A DNA stretch of 64,000 nt from Somniosus microcephalus (taxonomy: Eukaryota). The DNA is taken from positions 118,172,001 to 118,236,000 of the forward strand of contig CM126206.1 of assembly GCA_052327205.1 (NCBI GenBank), written 5' to 3'. Position 1 is the first letter of the stretch, and every line of letters begins with the position of its first letter. The notes beneath the pieces are model-generated. The model was not told the DNA's origin and searched no databases. It worked only from the letters and a program-made list of their open reading frames with translations. Of the stretch, positions 22,089 to 34,369 are shown in pieces. Both the position numbers and the translations under genes were made by a program.

Positions 22089-22911
22089 TACTGATGTCAG
22101 GCTAACTGGTCTGTAGTTTCCCGTTTTCTCTCCTTCCTTTCTTGAATAGTGGGGTTACATTTGCTACCTTCCAATCCACAGGAACTGTTCTAGAATCTAT
22201 GGAATTTTATCTATCTCTATAGCCAACTATTTCAAAACCCTAGGATGTCGGCCATCAGGTCCAGGGGATTTATCGGCTTTCAGTCCCATTAATTTCTCCA
22301 GTACTACCTTTTTACTAATACTAATATCTTTCAGTTCTTCATTCTCGCTAGACCCTTGGTTGTCTACAATTTCCAGGAAGTTTTTTGCGTCTTCTTCCGT
22401 GAAGACAGACACAAAGGCCCCGATTTTTCTCCCAGCCATCGGGCGGGTTTTCAGGCGGGCGGGGGCCGAAAATCGCAGAAATAGGGTGTCGCGACGCCCC
22501 CCCCCCCGCCCGACTTTCACCCCCGTGTTTCTGCGCGACCCGAATCAGTCCTGCCCGCCGTAGGCGGGAATGGTCGGTGGGAGCCTAATGATCAATTATT
22601 GGCATGTTTAATCCGATTTTCAAGGGCCCTTGCAATTTTCTGCCTTTCCCCACGTAAAATGCGCCTGGTGGGAACACCGCTGATGAAACCTGGCGTGAAC
22701 AGAGTTGGCTTGCTTGCTTTCAGCTGCAGGCCAATCAGGACTGAAGAGATTTAATCAGACAGCATTTGCAGGCTGCAGGACCTTGTTGCTGAAGGCTTGG
22801 GGCAACTTGTTTAAGGCTTAGGTACAGCTGTGGAAGGTTGGAGCCTCACACACTTCTCCAGTGTGAGCTCCTGGGAAGTCCCTCTCACCATCCTAACTCA
22901 GCGCCTCCTCA

Positions 22912-24144
22912 ATGGAGGCATCTGCCAGAAGCATGGGAGGCCTTTTGTTCCTTCCCTTCCTGGCATTAGAGGATCTCCAACAGCAGAGGTGGCTGGAGCA
23001 ACAGCATCACCAGCAGCAACAGCAGGAGCGGCAGGCTGCGGCTCAGCGACCTGGGGCAGCACAGGCCAGAAGGGGCCAGCGCATGGAAAGCCGTCGGCGC
23101 AGGAGATACCCCCCAAACAGGGTCTACAGACACAGGGTCAGCTACCTCAACATGACTGAGCAGCAGTGCCAGAGGCGGCTCCGACTTTCGCGAGAGATTG
23201 TGACTGACGTCTGCGCAATGCTGCAGCAAGACCTGGAGCCCAGAGCACCAGGTCCACACTACTTACCAGTGGCCATCAAAGTCATCACCGCACTCAACTT
23301 TTATGCCTCAGGCTCCTTCCAGGAATCAGCAGCAGACATCAGCGGCATCTCCCAGGCGGCCGCACACACTTGCATCACGCAGGTAACCGATGCCTTCTTT
23401 GCCCTCGCGCACAATCACATCCATTTCACCAGGGATCGCGCAAGTGTGAGGGTGCAAGCGCTTGGATTAGCTCAGCTGGCAGACTTTCCAAGGGTGCAGG
23501 GCGTCATTGACTGCACACATGTGGCCCTTAGGGCACCCCACCGCAATCCAGGAGTTTTTGTCAACCGCAAGGGCTTCCACTCCCTTAACGTTCAGCTGGT
23601 GTGTGACCACAAGAAGGTGATTTTGCATGTTTGTGCCAGGTACCCTGCCAGCTGCCATGACTCCTTCATACTGTGCCAGTCTAGTGTGCCTCCGCTATTC
23701 AGTCCGCCAAGCGAACTTCAAGGATGGCTACTTGGAGACAAGGGATATCCCCTGCGCTCTTGGCTAATGACGCCGTTGAGGAGACCAGCCAGCAAAGCTG
23801 AGGAGCGCTACAACTCCAGCCACATTACTACCAGATGCATTATCGAGCAAACCATCGGATTGCTGAAGATGCGCTTCAGATGCCTCGATAGATCAGGTGG
23901 AGCCCTACAGTACTCATCAGCCAGGGTCTCCAAAATCGTCGTGGTATGCTGTGTGCTTCACAACATGGCACAGCGTCATGGCTTGCCGATTCCGCAGGAC
24001 CAAGAGGCTCCTCACAGAGCCGCCTCGGATGAGGATGATGCTGAGGAGGAGGCGGCAGCGGCCTGCAGACCAGCGGCACCAGTGTGCGAGAACATTGCTG
24101 GGCGGAATGCAAGGAACACACTCATCCTGGGCAGATTTGCGTAG
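22912..24144 (+). CDS. Harbinger DDE transposase (HARBI1-like family), intact ORF
   Basis: 410 aa with no stops: [11 protein letters not shown] helix-turn-helix, [54 protein letters not shown]. Confidence 0.95.
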   Translation: MEASARSMGGLLFLPFLALEDLQQQRWLEQQHHQQQQQERQAAAQRPGAAQARRGQRMESRRRRRYPPNRVYRHRVSYLNMTEQQCQRRLRLSREIVTDVCAMLQQDLEPRAPGPHYLPVAIKVITALNFYASGSFQESAADISGISQAAAHTCITQVTDAFFALAHNHIHFTRDRASVRVQALGLAQLADFPRVQGVIDCTHVALRAPHRNPGVFVNRKGFHSLNVQLVCDHKKVILHVCARYPASCHDSFILCQSSVPPLFSPPSELQGWLLGDKGYPLRSWLMTPLRRPASKAEERYNSSHITTRCIIEQTIGLLKMRFRCLDRSGGALQYSSARVSKIVVVCCVLHNMAQRHGLPIPQDQEAPHRAASDEDDAEEEAAAACRPAAPVCENIAGRNARNTLILGRFA

Positions 24145-24395
24145 CCTAGTACATCAAACACTGCAGCCTCACTGCTTCGTAACTGACCATGGACAGTGGC
24201 CCATGCCTACACATTCCTCCGTATTTGACCGGCTTGCTGACATCTGCAAGTTATCCTAAGGCCTCTGTGATATCCCCATTCACCAAATGACAGACGCCAT
24301 AACTGCAGCAGCTGCCACCAGATTTTTTATGTACAGGAAAATGATGGCATTAAAACTATTTACAAGACTTTTCACCCAAGTGACTACCCTTGTGA

Positions 24396-26427
24396 TTAGT
24401 GGTGCTTTATTTTTCTCTTACGCATGCTCCTACGTAGTGCTACCCCTGTGGCTTCAGCAGATGTGAAGGCCCCTTGCTCACTTTCCTGCTGCGCCTGTCT
24501 CGACACCTTTGGCGGGCGTCCTCTGGGGTGGCGAGCCTGTGAGGGCTCGCCAGCAGTCTGCTGCTCCTGCGGCTGTGCTGGGCTTGTGACTCCTATCTCA
24601 CTGGGGTGTGGACTCCGGCGGGGCTCTGACCGAGGGCTCTGAAGTGGCATGGATGTGTAAGCACGTGGAGAGGAGCCCCCACTTCCTTGAGGTGTGCCAA
24701 CAACCTCCCTCTCATGGGTCAGCTCCCCCTCAGCGCCTGCAAGTGGCTGGAGAGCACCTTGCTGCACATCAGGGGGGCCATGGGGACCCGTCTCAGCACT
24801 GGAAGTCCTGCTCAGAGGGACTTCTATGAAGATCTGGTTTCGGTGCTCAATAGATGCCCATTGCTCCTCAAGAGATGCCATTCTATTCAGAGCACTCATC
24901 ATGTTTTCGACACCCTGGCGACTAAGCTCCTCCATGGCCACAGCCCTCCTCTCCTCGGCTGCAGCCCTCCTCTCTGCTGCAGCCTTCCTCTCCTCTGCTG
25001 CAGCCAGCATTGCCATGGAGGTAGCCATCCTTTCCGTGGTGATGCTTTGATGCGCCAATGACTCCAATAAGGCTCTGCTCATACTCGCCATAGACTCCTC
25101 CATTCGCTCCACACTCGCAGTGACCCTGGAGCCAAAAGCTGCCAGAGACTCCTGCATCTGTGCATGGAGATCCATCACCTCCTCTCTTGCGGATGGACCC
25201 AGAGGCATAGGGTCGACATGCAGCTGAGCTGAGCTGGCAGAGCCCTGCGTCCTCCGATGAGGACTCTCCACTGCTGTCCCTATCTCCACGATCTGCTGAT
25301 GCTCACTTGTGAGCTGTGATACAGCAGGTGACAACTCTACTCTATGTCCCGAAGGTCCCACCGAGGTGTGAGTGTCTGCGCTGGTGCTGGGTGCGCTTAC
25401 TTCTGCTGACGCTGCGCCCTCAGAGGCTGGAGCTTCCTCTGAAGAGTCTGGCTGCAAAGCCTCTTCCTCTTCGGCAGTGGCGGCGGGGGCACCGGATGGT
25501 CCTGTGGGGGAGTAAAGGAAAGAGTTAGAGATGTGATGGCAAGGCTACTTGCACATTGGATTTGGCATATGCTAATAAGTCCAAATGATGTGGCTTCAGA
25601 ATCATATCAGCAACTTATGCTATGTCAGTGAGAGAGATGGGGAGCTATTCTGTCACCAGCTTGCGGGCTTGCTCCTGTCTCTCCTGCCCCAGCATCCACA
25701 GGCACGTCAGCCCCAGCAATCTCGATCGCTGCTTCCTCCCAGGGGCTCAGGTGGGCGACTGAGGGTGGTCCTCCTAGTCCTCGCACGCTCTCGTCTATTG
25801 TGAGCTCTCTTTTCCTGCAATGAGAGAGACAAGTGGAGTTTGAGTGAGAGTGTAGGAGTGAGTGTAGAGATTGCATAGCATAGGTGCTTAGAAGGAGACA
25901 AAGATGTTGTGAGGCTGCAAGACCAACGGCCCTCCCTGTGTGTTGTCAGTTGTGTTCCAAGCATCCGAGTGAGAGGCAGTGTGAGGGCTGGATGGTGGTA
26001 TAGTTACGTGAATGTGAGCATAGAGAGATACGGAATGGGTAAGGGTGCATGGATGTGACTGTGAACTGGGATGTGGAGGCAGAGATTGCTGAAGCTGAGT
26101 GCTGTTGGGGAAAGGCAATGGGGATCAGGTTGAGGGTGATGGAAACTTCGTACTTACTTTCCCTGTGCGGTGAAGGTCATGGAAGCGCTTCCTGCACTGC
26201 ATCCAGGTGCGATGGGTGACTCCCAGAGCGTTTACCTCTGCAGCCACCTCCATCCAGGCAGCCCTGGACTCTTTGGGAGGCCTCTTCCTCCCTGAGCGAG
26301 GGTAGAGGACCTCCCTGTGGGCCCTTACCCCATCCACCAAGGTCTGCAGTGACGTCTCGTTGAATTTGGCGGCAGCTCGGCCTCTACCACTGCCACTGGC
26401 AGCAGCTGGTGCAGGCTCCTCTGCCAT
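24396..26427 (-). pseudogene. Harbinger Myb/SANT-like (trihelix) DNA-binding protein gene, three exons (26427-26158, 25814-25657, 25501-24396), with a 2-nt deletion in exon 2
   Basis: Exon 1 AKFNETSLQTLVDGV...WMEVAAEVNA...RTWMQCRKRFHDL, donor AAA|GTAAGT. Exon 2 acceptor TTGCAG|GAA, EKRAHNRRERART(G)GGPP, donor G|GTGACA. Exon 3 acceptor CCACAG|GA is in frame with ORF 24396-25457 (coiled coil, basic C-terminus RRSMRKRKIK). Confidence 0.85.
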
Positions 26428-26849
26428 TGTGCAAGAGTGGTTGAGAAGCCTGCAGAGGTGGAGAAGCTTGCTGGACACTTTAAAAGCACCACGAATGATG
26501 ACATCATGCTGTGGGGCTTTCTGATTGGAAATGGACAATTAGCAAGGCTGCCCACACGCTGGAACTTAATTGGCTACTTGAGGGAAAATTGCGTGCAGCT
26601 GGCTGACCCATTTCTTTTTGGGTCGGAACCCCACATTCGGGGAACCCGAAAATTTCCCGCACAATCCAGAAAATTGGGCCCAAAGTATTTGTTTAATTTC
26701 TCTGCCATTTCCTGCACAGACCAGTTGCTCCCAGACATGGGTGGACCAGTAGGCCTTGCTCTTGGACAAGCTGCTTGAAGGAGGAGGAGGGATCTCAGCA
26801 GGGGGCCATATTTGCAGAGGGTCTTTGGGGAGCAGATCTGTTAGAGAAC

Positions 26850-28325
26850 AGATTGCTGGAGTGCTGCGACACCTGGGAGCCACTGTGCATACTGGTATCC
26901 AGAGCCATGATGGCCACAGTGTGAGCTTCCATGGCAGCAAGATGAGATTGCATGACAGCAGTCTGAACTTCCAGTGCAGCACTCAGACGTCAGGTAGATG
27001 CTGCTTGTGCTGCAGCGGAAGCTGAGACACCGGCCATCAGATGCTGTATCATGGTTCCACAGGTGTGCTGCTGGAGGTGGCCACCTGTTGAATGTTGGAA
27101 AGGATGGGCTCCAAGCACTGCACAAAGCCCTGTGCCAAGTTGGTGGACTCCTCCATGCTCCTTGACATTGTATAGATGCTTTCTGACAGGTTTTCCAGTC
27201 AGCTTTCTTCTGTCGCCTGGCCCATCGAATTCATCATCTGAGTCCTCGGCAGCAGAACTAGTGTGTGACCTCGCCCTCTGGCGAGCTGGCACCTGCGATC
27301 TCCTTTCCTCCTGCCCTGGCTGCAGCGCACTTCTGCCTGGTGCCTCACCACGTGCAGATCCTGCCTCTATCCTGTCCTCTAAATTATGTGCGGTGTCAGT
27401 ATCTGAGCTGGTGGCTGAGTGTGTGGAATCGAGCGACTGTGTCTTCATATTCACTGTCTTCTTGCTCTTCCTCCACTGCCTGGGCAAGGTTGTAATTCTA
27501 GGGTATGTGAAAGGAAAATGGGACAAGAGTAGGGTTGTGGTGAGGGGAGAGGAGAAAGTAAGAAGTGCATGCTTACACCATCAACAGCTTCTCTGTCAGA
27601 GATTGTGGGATGAGGGAGAAGTGGAATGAGAGAAGGAGGATTAGGTATGTGGATACCCTAATCTTCAATGGCTTCAGTTCCACTGGTGGCCACGGACTCA
27701 GCAATGGCCCTTCTGATAATGGCCAGCACCGTCTCTTTCATGGGTGTTAGAACATGCAGGCGCACCTCTACTCCTCCGGTTAATTCCTGCTGCCTCTGGT
27801 TGTGTACCACCTTCTCTTGCAAGAGAGAGGGAAGTGTGTCAGTGAATGTCATGCAATCTGTGTGGGTGATGTGGCTGACATTGTTTAATAGCTGGCAGCG
27901 TGTGCAAGCTGTGAAATTGAGGCTTGTAACAGTGCTAAGAGGGTGAGGTGAAGCATATAAATGTTAGGTATGAGTCCTGATTGATAGAAATTGTTGGTAG
28001 GTGAGTGATATGGGTGTATTGAATTGAGCAGTGGCTGAGGCTAGTGGTGCAGTTGGTAGGATATGGCATTTGAAGACGCATTCGCGGATGGACCTTGACC
28101 ACTCGTGTGAGATCATTAAACTTCCTCCTGCATCCATGTCCTTGGAGCTATATTCCTGGCATTGACCTCCTCCGTTATCTCTTGCCACTGCCTTCTGAGC
28201 ATGTGTCTGGAGGGCCTCCTGCCCCCCTGAAGGTACAGGACATCTTGCCTCCGTTCGTCCTCCACAAAGACCTCCAGTGCAACGTTCGAAAACCTTGGTG
28301 CCCTCTCTCTCCCATGGTCGGCCAT
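26850..28325 (-). pseudogene. Decayed three-exon Myb/SANT gene of Harbinger A
   Basis: Exon 1 MADHGRERAPRFSNVALEVFVE...WQEITEEVNARNIAPRTWMQ (28325 to about 28094); exon 2 EKVVHNQRQQELTGG...LTPMKETVLAI (about 27817-27657); exon 3 remnants about 27497-26850. Confidence 0.8.
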
Positions 28326-29562
28326 TATTCTTTGGGAATAGTGTGCTTTGCAACAGTGATCTCGGTGACCTCAGCACCTCCAGCAGCCACAAAGCACCTT
28401 CCCTTTAAGAGGTGCCGGCTAGCTTTAAGAAGTGCAGGCTAGCCTTAAGCAGTGCTAGGAAGTAACTATATTGGGCCCCTGTTGATGCGTGATGAACATA
28501 GAAATCATTATAATGAGCAAGCAGCACAAAGTTTTTGGGGGCTAACAAATTTAACCCCCCACATTTGGATTATGTTCATCTATATCTTTTTTTAAATTAA
28601 AAAAGAAAGTTTGATCATGTATTCCAGTATCCTAATGAGACTAATGGTGACTAACCCACAACATGTGGAAAATGAAAGAAAAACACCTAAAGTACGCAAA
28701 CTTAAAATACTTATATTAACCTATATATACACACCAGTGAAGCTCCTTTCCATACAAAAAAGACAGCAACAATTTGAACACAGAAAAGAGTCATATTAGG
28801 GAAATCCAATCAGGCTACGTCACGTCATAAATTACTAGAGGGCCAAATGGAATGCTTTGTAAAGATAAGGTGAACGTATTGTGCTATAGCATTTTAATAA
28901 TTTTGGGCATCTATAACAAATGCCATGACTATACTTTTTCATTTGGTTTTTGATCGCTATATCACACTGCAAAACAGATCTTGGTTAATGATGGATTGAA
29001 TTTCTGTTCATCATTGGCACGTCTGTACCAATTTGTTTTATTTCTAACATCACATGGTGGCCCAGAATCCTTTTTAACAAGTGTACAATTAAGTTAAATC
29101 GTCATCGCCAAGAACATCCAGATGTTTAACAAGTAGAGCTTTGCAATGCATGATCAGTAACGGTCTGGGAAAATGTGGATCGTCTTTAGCAAGAGAATGT
29201 GGAGCATTAAATTGTAAAATGGGCCTTAAAGATATTCTTGTCAGGATGAATTCATTGTCTTGGGTACTGATCTGCATTCAGATCGGGCAAGGCGACAACA
29301 TTCTTAATCCTCTTAAACATCAGGATGTAACATATTAAACAAAATCATCAGTCAGCTGTTCTGGAATGCTATTTGGACATCAAAAGCAAAGAAAGCTTAT
29401 GTTACAAATTGCATTAAGTGGGGAGGTACTCGCGACTTGTAAAATGCAAAAATCTTGCCAAATAAGCTGATAGTCTGAAATCTCAAAAGGTACACCATCC
29501 TAAAACGCACATTACCCTCATTTTCTGTTTTCATGATTTTTGAGTAGAGCTTTTTCTGTCAA

Positions 29563-29817
29563 TGTTACATTGTTATAGTATCACATCGTTAAATGGAACT
29601 ACTTTGGTATGGAACTACTTTGGTATGGTGTAGTTATATTGCTATGTGGCATACTGTGCACGGGCAGTGCACAGTGCAGCGTTGGACATCTTGTATCACT
29701 CTGCACCATGCGGCAGCACTGAAACAAAGCAAATACAGCTAAGTGAAAAGCACTAACTAAAAATGAACTAAAAGTGTCTGTAATATATATAGTATAAGAA
29801 CACAAGGAGACACAACA
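29563..29817 (+). repeat. 5' LTR of Gypsy element 2
   Basis: 255 bp; internal direct repeat ATGGAACTACTTTGGT x2 and hairpin ACTGTGCAC-GGGCA-GTGCACAGT. Confidence 0.95.
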
Positions 29818-29923
29818 TGGTGGCAGCGGTATAAGTGAGTACAAAATTGTGCTATGCGAACTACGAATAAGACGGAAAGTGATTTTATGAGCTGATTGAG
29901 AGTGAATCGTACGGGAAACTAAA

Positions 29924-32900
29924 ATGACTGTGCAAATGCAACCCCTCATGAACTGGGAAGCCGACGATATAGTAGAAGCATTCCGCAAGTTCAAACAGAA
30001 ATGTGAGCTTACATTCAAAAGCTTCCTGAAGGGTACTACCAATGAGGAAAAGGTTAGTTACATTCTGTCCACAACAGGTCTAGATTTGTATAATAGCTGG
30101 AGTTTGACTGAAGAGGAAAAGGAAAACCCTGCGACAATTTTTGATAAATTCAGCAACCATCTAGAGCCTAAATCCAATCACCGTATACACAGATACAAAT
30201 TCCAGAGTCTAAGACAGGAACCCGGTGAAACAGCTGACAATTTCCTGACAAGGCTGAGAAATGAAGCCAGCAAGTGTAAATTTAAGGAAATGGAGGAAAG
30301 GCTTGTGGACCAGATAATATGGGGGCCAGCGCATGTAGAGGTACAAAAAGCCCTGATAGGAAAAGAAAAGCTCGGAATAACAGAGGCTATAGATACTGCG
30401 AGAGCTCATGAAGCCATGAAGCAGCAAATGAAAACGCTGATTTCTCAAACGGCTGACATGCGGACGGCTTCTGAGACGGACAACAGAGTGGATGCAGTGA
30501 GAGAAAAGTACAACACACAAAGACATGCACACGACAACGGGGGAAACGTGCAGAAATTGTGGAAGACCGCACGATTACACAGAAGAGAGGAAATGTCCAG
30601 CATATGGAACAAGCTGCAATGCATGTGGCAAACTAAACCACTGGGGAAAGAGGTGTAGAATGAAGAAAGATGGAACATACATCAAAAACAAAGGCGGACA
30701 GCAGAACCAGAGAAAGAAACACAATATCCATGCCATGGATGAGCAGGATGATGATGATGATCACGCCAATGCACTAAACATCGAAACCATAAAGATACAG
30801 CTTCACGAGCTGTCCAGAGCGGAAAATACTCCGAGGAGAGAACTGCACACCATCATCCAAATCAAAAAAAAGGTCAAAGGTCGGCCCACAACCATCAACT
30901 TAAAGTTGAAGCTGGACACGGGCTCAGAGCAACATTCTCCCATTGAGACTGTACCAGCAGATTTTTCCCGAAAACCTGAGAGAAGATGGCTACCCGAAAA
31001 ATGGTTGTTTAAAGGCAAGTAATGTCACGCTGACAGCATACGGGGGGAGTGAGATTAAACAACTCGGAATAACCTTTATCAAAGGGACACATAAAAGAAA
31101 GAACATCAACTGCATGTTCTATGTCACCGACACTGAGGGACCAGCGATCCTGGGATTAAACAACTGCGAGAAGTTGAGATTGATCTCAGTGCATCACGAG
31201 CTGACGGAAACGCCACTGAAGATAGACAGCAACACCCCACTGGAGAACCGCCCACAAATCAAGAGTAAAAAAGACTTGATAGACATGTATCTGGAATGTT
31301 TCGATGATACAGTGGGATGTTTCGGAGATTTCCAATACCACATCACCATCGATCCAGAGGTAAAGCCCGTTATCCATGCTCCACGAAAAGTACCCATCGA
31401 GCTGAAGACAAAGCTTGAAAGAGCGCTAAAGGAGATGGAAGAAAAGGGAGTGATCGTAAAGGTCACTGAACCCACAGACTGGGTAAACTCAATTGTGGTA
31501 CGAGAAAAGCCAAACGGGCGTCTCAGAATATGTTTGGACCCCAAAGATCTAAACCAGGCGATAAAGAGGGACCATTATCCCACCCCAACGCTAGAGGAGA
31601 TTACGCCATCACTGGCAGGAGCCAAGGTTTTCTCAAAACTGGATGCCAGAAATGGATATTGGAACGTGAAGTTGGATGAGGAATCAACAACACTGACAAC
31701 ATTCAACACACCATTTGGGCTTTACAAATTCCTGCGGCTACCATTCGGGCTAAAGGTCAGTCAAGATATCTTTCAACAGAAAATAGACGAGACATACAGA
31801 GGCTGTGCAGGAGCTATAGGAATAGCTGATGATATTCAGATCTATGGAGCAGATGAAAGAGACCATGACATGCACCTACATGAGGCCATGGAGAGTACCA
31901 GGAAGGCTGGCATCAAGTTAAATGCAGATAAGTGCATAGTTAAAGTCAAGGAACGCCAATTCTTCAGTATGATTTATACACCAGAGGGAGTCAAGCCAAA
32001 TCCAGAGAAGATTGCGGCGATTGCTGAAATGAAACCACCCAAAGACAAGAAAGAGCTGAGGACTTACCTCGGCTTGGTCCAATACATGAGTTCTTTCATC
32101 CCACACATCTCAGAGAGCTATTGAAAGAAGATGCCGAATACCAGTGGTCTGAATCACACGAAAGGAATTTCAAACAACTTAAAGAACTGTTGTGCAAAGA
32201 AACAAGTCTGTCATATTATGACAGAAGAAAACCAGTCACTCTGCAAGTAGATGCTTCTACCAGAGGACTAGGGGCAGCTCTGGTGCAGGAAGGAAAGCCG
32301 ATAGCTTTCGCATCAAAGGCCTTGACGTCAGCCGAGACGAGATACGCCAACATAGAAAGAGAACTATTAGCAGTAGTGTACGGATGCGAGAAATTCCATA
32401 CATACCTATATGGCAGGCAATTTACAATAGAGAGTAACCATCGTCCACTAGAACAGATCTATAAGAAGAATCTGTGCAAAGCGCCTGCAAGACTGCAAAG
32501 ACTACTTCTAAGGATCCAAAGCTATGACTTCACGCTTAAATATAAGCCAGGAAAGGAAATGGTGCTAGCAGATGCGTTGTCTCGATTGTCACCATATGAG
32601 AAACACGAGGTGGAGGGCCTAACAGTAAAAATCCACCACCTAGTGAATGTTACCCCTACAAAGCTCAGTCAAATCAGAGATGAGACTAGCAAAGATGAGG
32701 AGCTGCAACTACTCACACAACAAGTAATACAGGGGTGGCCGGAGAGAATCCAGCAGGTACAGGCGACAATTCGTCAATACTGGACGATTAAAGATGATAT
32801 TGCAGTAGAAGACGGTGTTCTCCTTGCTGGATCGAGGATCATCGTGCCAAAGATGATGCAGACACAACTTCTCCATCTCATACATGAAGGCCACATGGGA

Positions 32901-34013
32901 ATGGAGAAATGCAAGCTGAGAGCCAGATCAGCTGTATACTGGATAGGCATGTACAAATATATCGAACAGATGGTCTCTGCATGTGGTATATGCCAGAAAT
33001 ACAGAAATGCACAACAGAAAGAGGAGATGATACCTAGTGAAATACCATCAAGACCATGGCACACTGTTGGGGCAGACCTCTTCATGTGCAATCAAGAATG
33101 GTATCTCATAGTGGCAGATTACTATTCCAAGTTTCCTTTTGTGAGAAGGATGAAAGACTTGAGAGCCACAATTACCACCAGGATTGCAAAGAGCTTGTTT
33201 GCTGAACAAGGAATCCCGGAAAAGGTAATCTGTGACAATGGAACCCAGTTCACATCGAGTGAATTCAGAGCTCTGGCAGAAAAGTATGGGTTCAAAATAG
33301 TAACCTCATCCCCACATTTCTCAAGGGGACACGGGTTCATCGAAAGACAGGTCCAGATTGTCAAGAGAACTCTCATCAAAAGTAGTGAGATGGGGGAAGA
33401 CCAAGACCTTGCCCTCCTGTCACTCAGATCAACACCACTGAAAGCAGACATGAAATCACCTGCGGAATTGCTGAATGGGAGGAAGTTTAAGACTACACTA
33501 CCAGCAAAAATACATCCTCCCCAGGACCAGGAGGACTTCAGACAAAAGCTGGCAGAAGCACAAATTGTAGGAAGCAAACATTACGATAAACATGCAAAGA
33601 CGCTACCAGAATTGCTGAATGGACAATCAGTGCATGTGCAAGACCCGGTGTTGAAAACCTGGAATCCAGCCAAGTTCATTGGAAAAGCTGATACTCCAAG
33701 ATCCTACTTCGTAGAGACTGAACCTGGTAACCAATACAGACGGAACAGACTCCACATCAGACCTTCACCTGAACTGGATAAGCAGCAGACAACATCAGCA
33801 ACATTGACAACACCAGCTACCACAAGCAGTACAACACCAGAAACAAGCGCTACAAATCAAACAACCACGAGCATGCACACTCCAACTCCAAAGGCGACAG
33901 CAACAACAACAACGAGAGCGGAACACACCAAAACACCGCAGAGAGGAATGGTCACCACCAAATCCACAAGATGGAGGGACAACATCCAACCACCTGAGCG
34001 ATATCGCGAATAA
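29924..34013 (+). pseudogene. pol: Gypsy gag-pol polyprotein with at least three frameshifts
   Basis: Gag FRKFKQKCEL and CRNCG...CPAYGTSCNACGKLNHWGKRC; protease KLDTGS; RT RICLDPKDLN, LPFGL, IADDI; RNase H QVDAS; integrase HEGHMG...CGIC, GADLF, CDNGTQF, GFIER. Frameshifts near 30515, 30935 and 32110. Confidence 0.95.
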
Positions 34014-34112
34014 AAAAAAACTCACGATTCTTTGTAGTTGATAATAGTTTAGATATAATATTTGTTAATTTAAATTGTTAAATTTCATGTTTTAGTTTTT
34101 TGAGAAAAAGGA

Positions 34113-34369
34113 TGTTACATTGTTATAGTATCACATTGTTAAATGGAACTACCTTGGTATGGAACTACTTTGGTATGGTGTAGTTATATTGCTATGTGGC
34201 ATACTGTGCACGGGCAGTGCACAGTGCAGCGTCGGACATCTTGTATCACTCCGCACCATGCGGCAGCACTGAAACAGAGCAAATACAGCTAAGTAAAAAG
34301 CACTAACTAAAAATGAACTAAAAGTGTCTGTAATATATATATAGTATAAGAACACAAGGAGACACAACA
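34113..34369 (+). repeat. 3' LTR of Gypsy element 2
   Basis: 257 bp; differs from the 5' LTR by 6 substitutions and one TA indel (manual count). Confidence 0.95.

Larger units (their letters stand above)
22416..26681. mobile_element. Near-intact autonomous-type PIF/Harbinger transposon B (4266 bp)
   Basis: TIRs GGCCCCGATTTT and AAAATTGGGCCC; 3-bp TSD AAA restores the host CR1 sequence GACACAAAGTATTT; contains two convergent genes. Confidence 0.95.
15942..26712 (-). mobile_element. 5'-truncated CR1 LINE split into four pieces (15942-17041, 21579-21839, 22089-22415, 26682-26712)
   Basis: RT C-terminus VRPHLEYCVQFWSP (16153-16755); GKSCLTNL...VYLDF (21649-21864); KSPGPDG (22227-22415). Junctions rejoin seamlessly by comparison with the CR1 at 52232-54256. 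TSD TGCACA. Confidence 0.9.
15481..28560. mobile_element. Decayed PIF/Harbinger element A (outer shell of the nest; own sequence 15481-15941 and 26713-28560)
   Basis: Degenerate TIRs GGTGAAATT and AATTTAACCCCC. Sequence resumes across the TGCACA duplication (15936-15941, 26713-26718). Possible transposase start remnant MGGPVGLALG at 26738. Myb/SANT gene remnants on minus. Confidence 0.75.
29563..34369 (+). mobile_element. Complete Gypsy/Ty3 LTR retrotransposon (4.8 kb)
   Basis: LTRs 29563-29817 and 34113-34369 (TG...CA); TSD GTCAA at 29558-29562 and 34370-34374; PBS TGGTGGCAGCGG at 29818; PPT GAGAAAAAGGA before 34113. Confidence 0.97.

Noticed and set aside
22912-24144. Host HARBI1 gene
   Set aside because: It lies between TIRs with a TSD inside a CR1 and is paired with a Myb gene, so it is a mobile element.
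24396-25457. Stand-alone novel 353-aa gene
   Set aside because: Starts at TTG with no initiator; explained as exon 3 of the Harbinger Myb/SANT gene.
33770-34013. env-like or mucin-like extra gene in Gypsy 2
   Set aside because: In frame with integrase, with no signal peptide or transmembrane segment.
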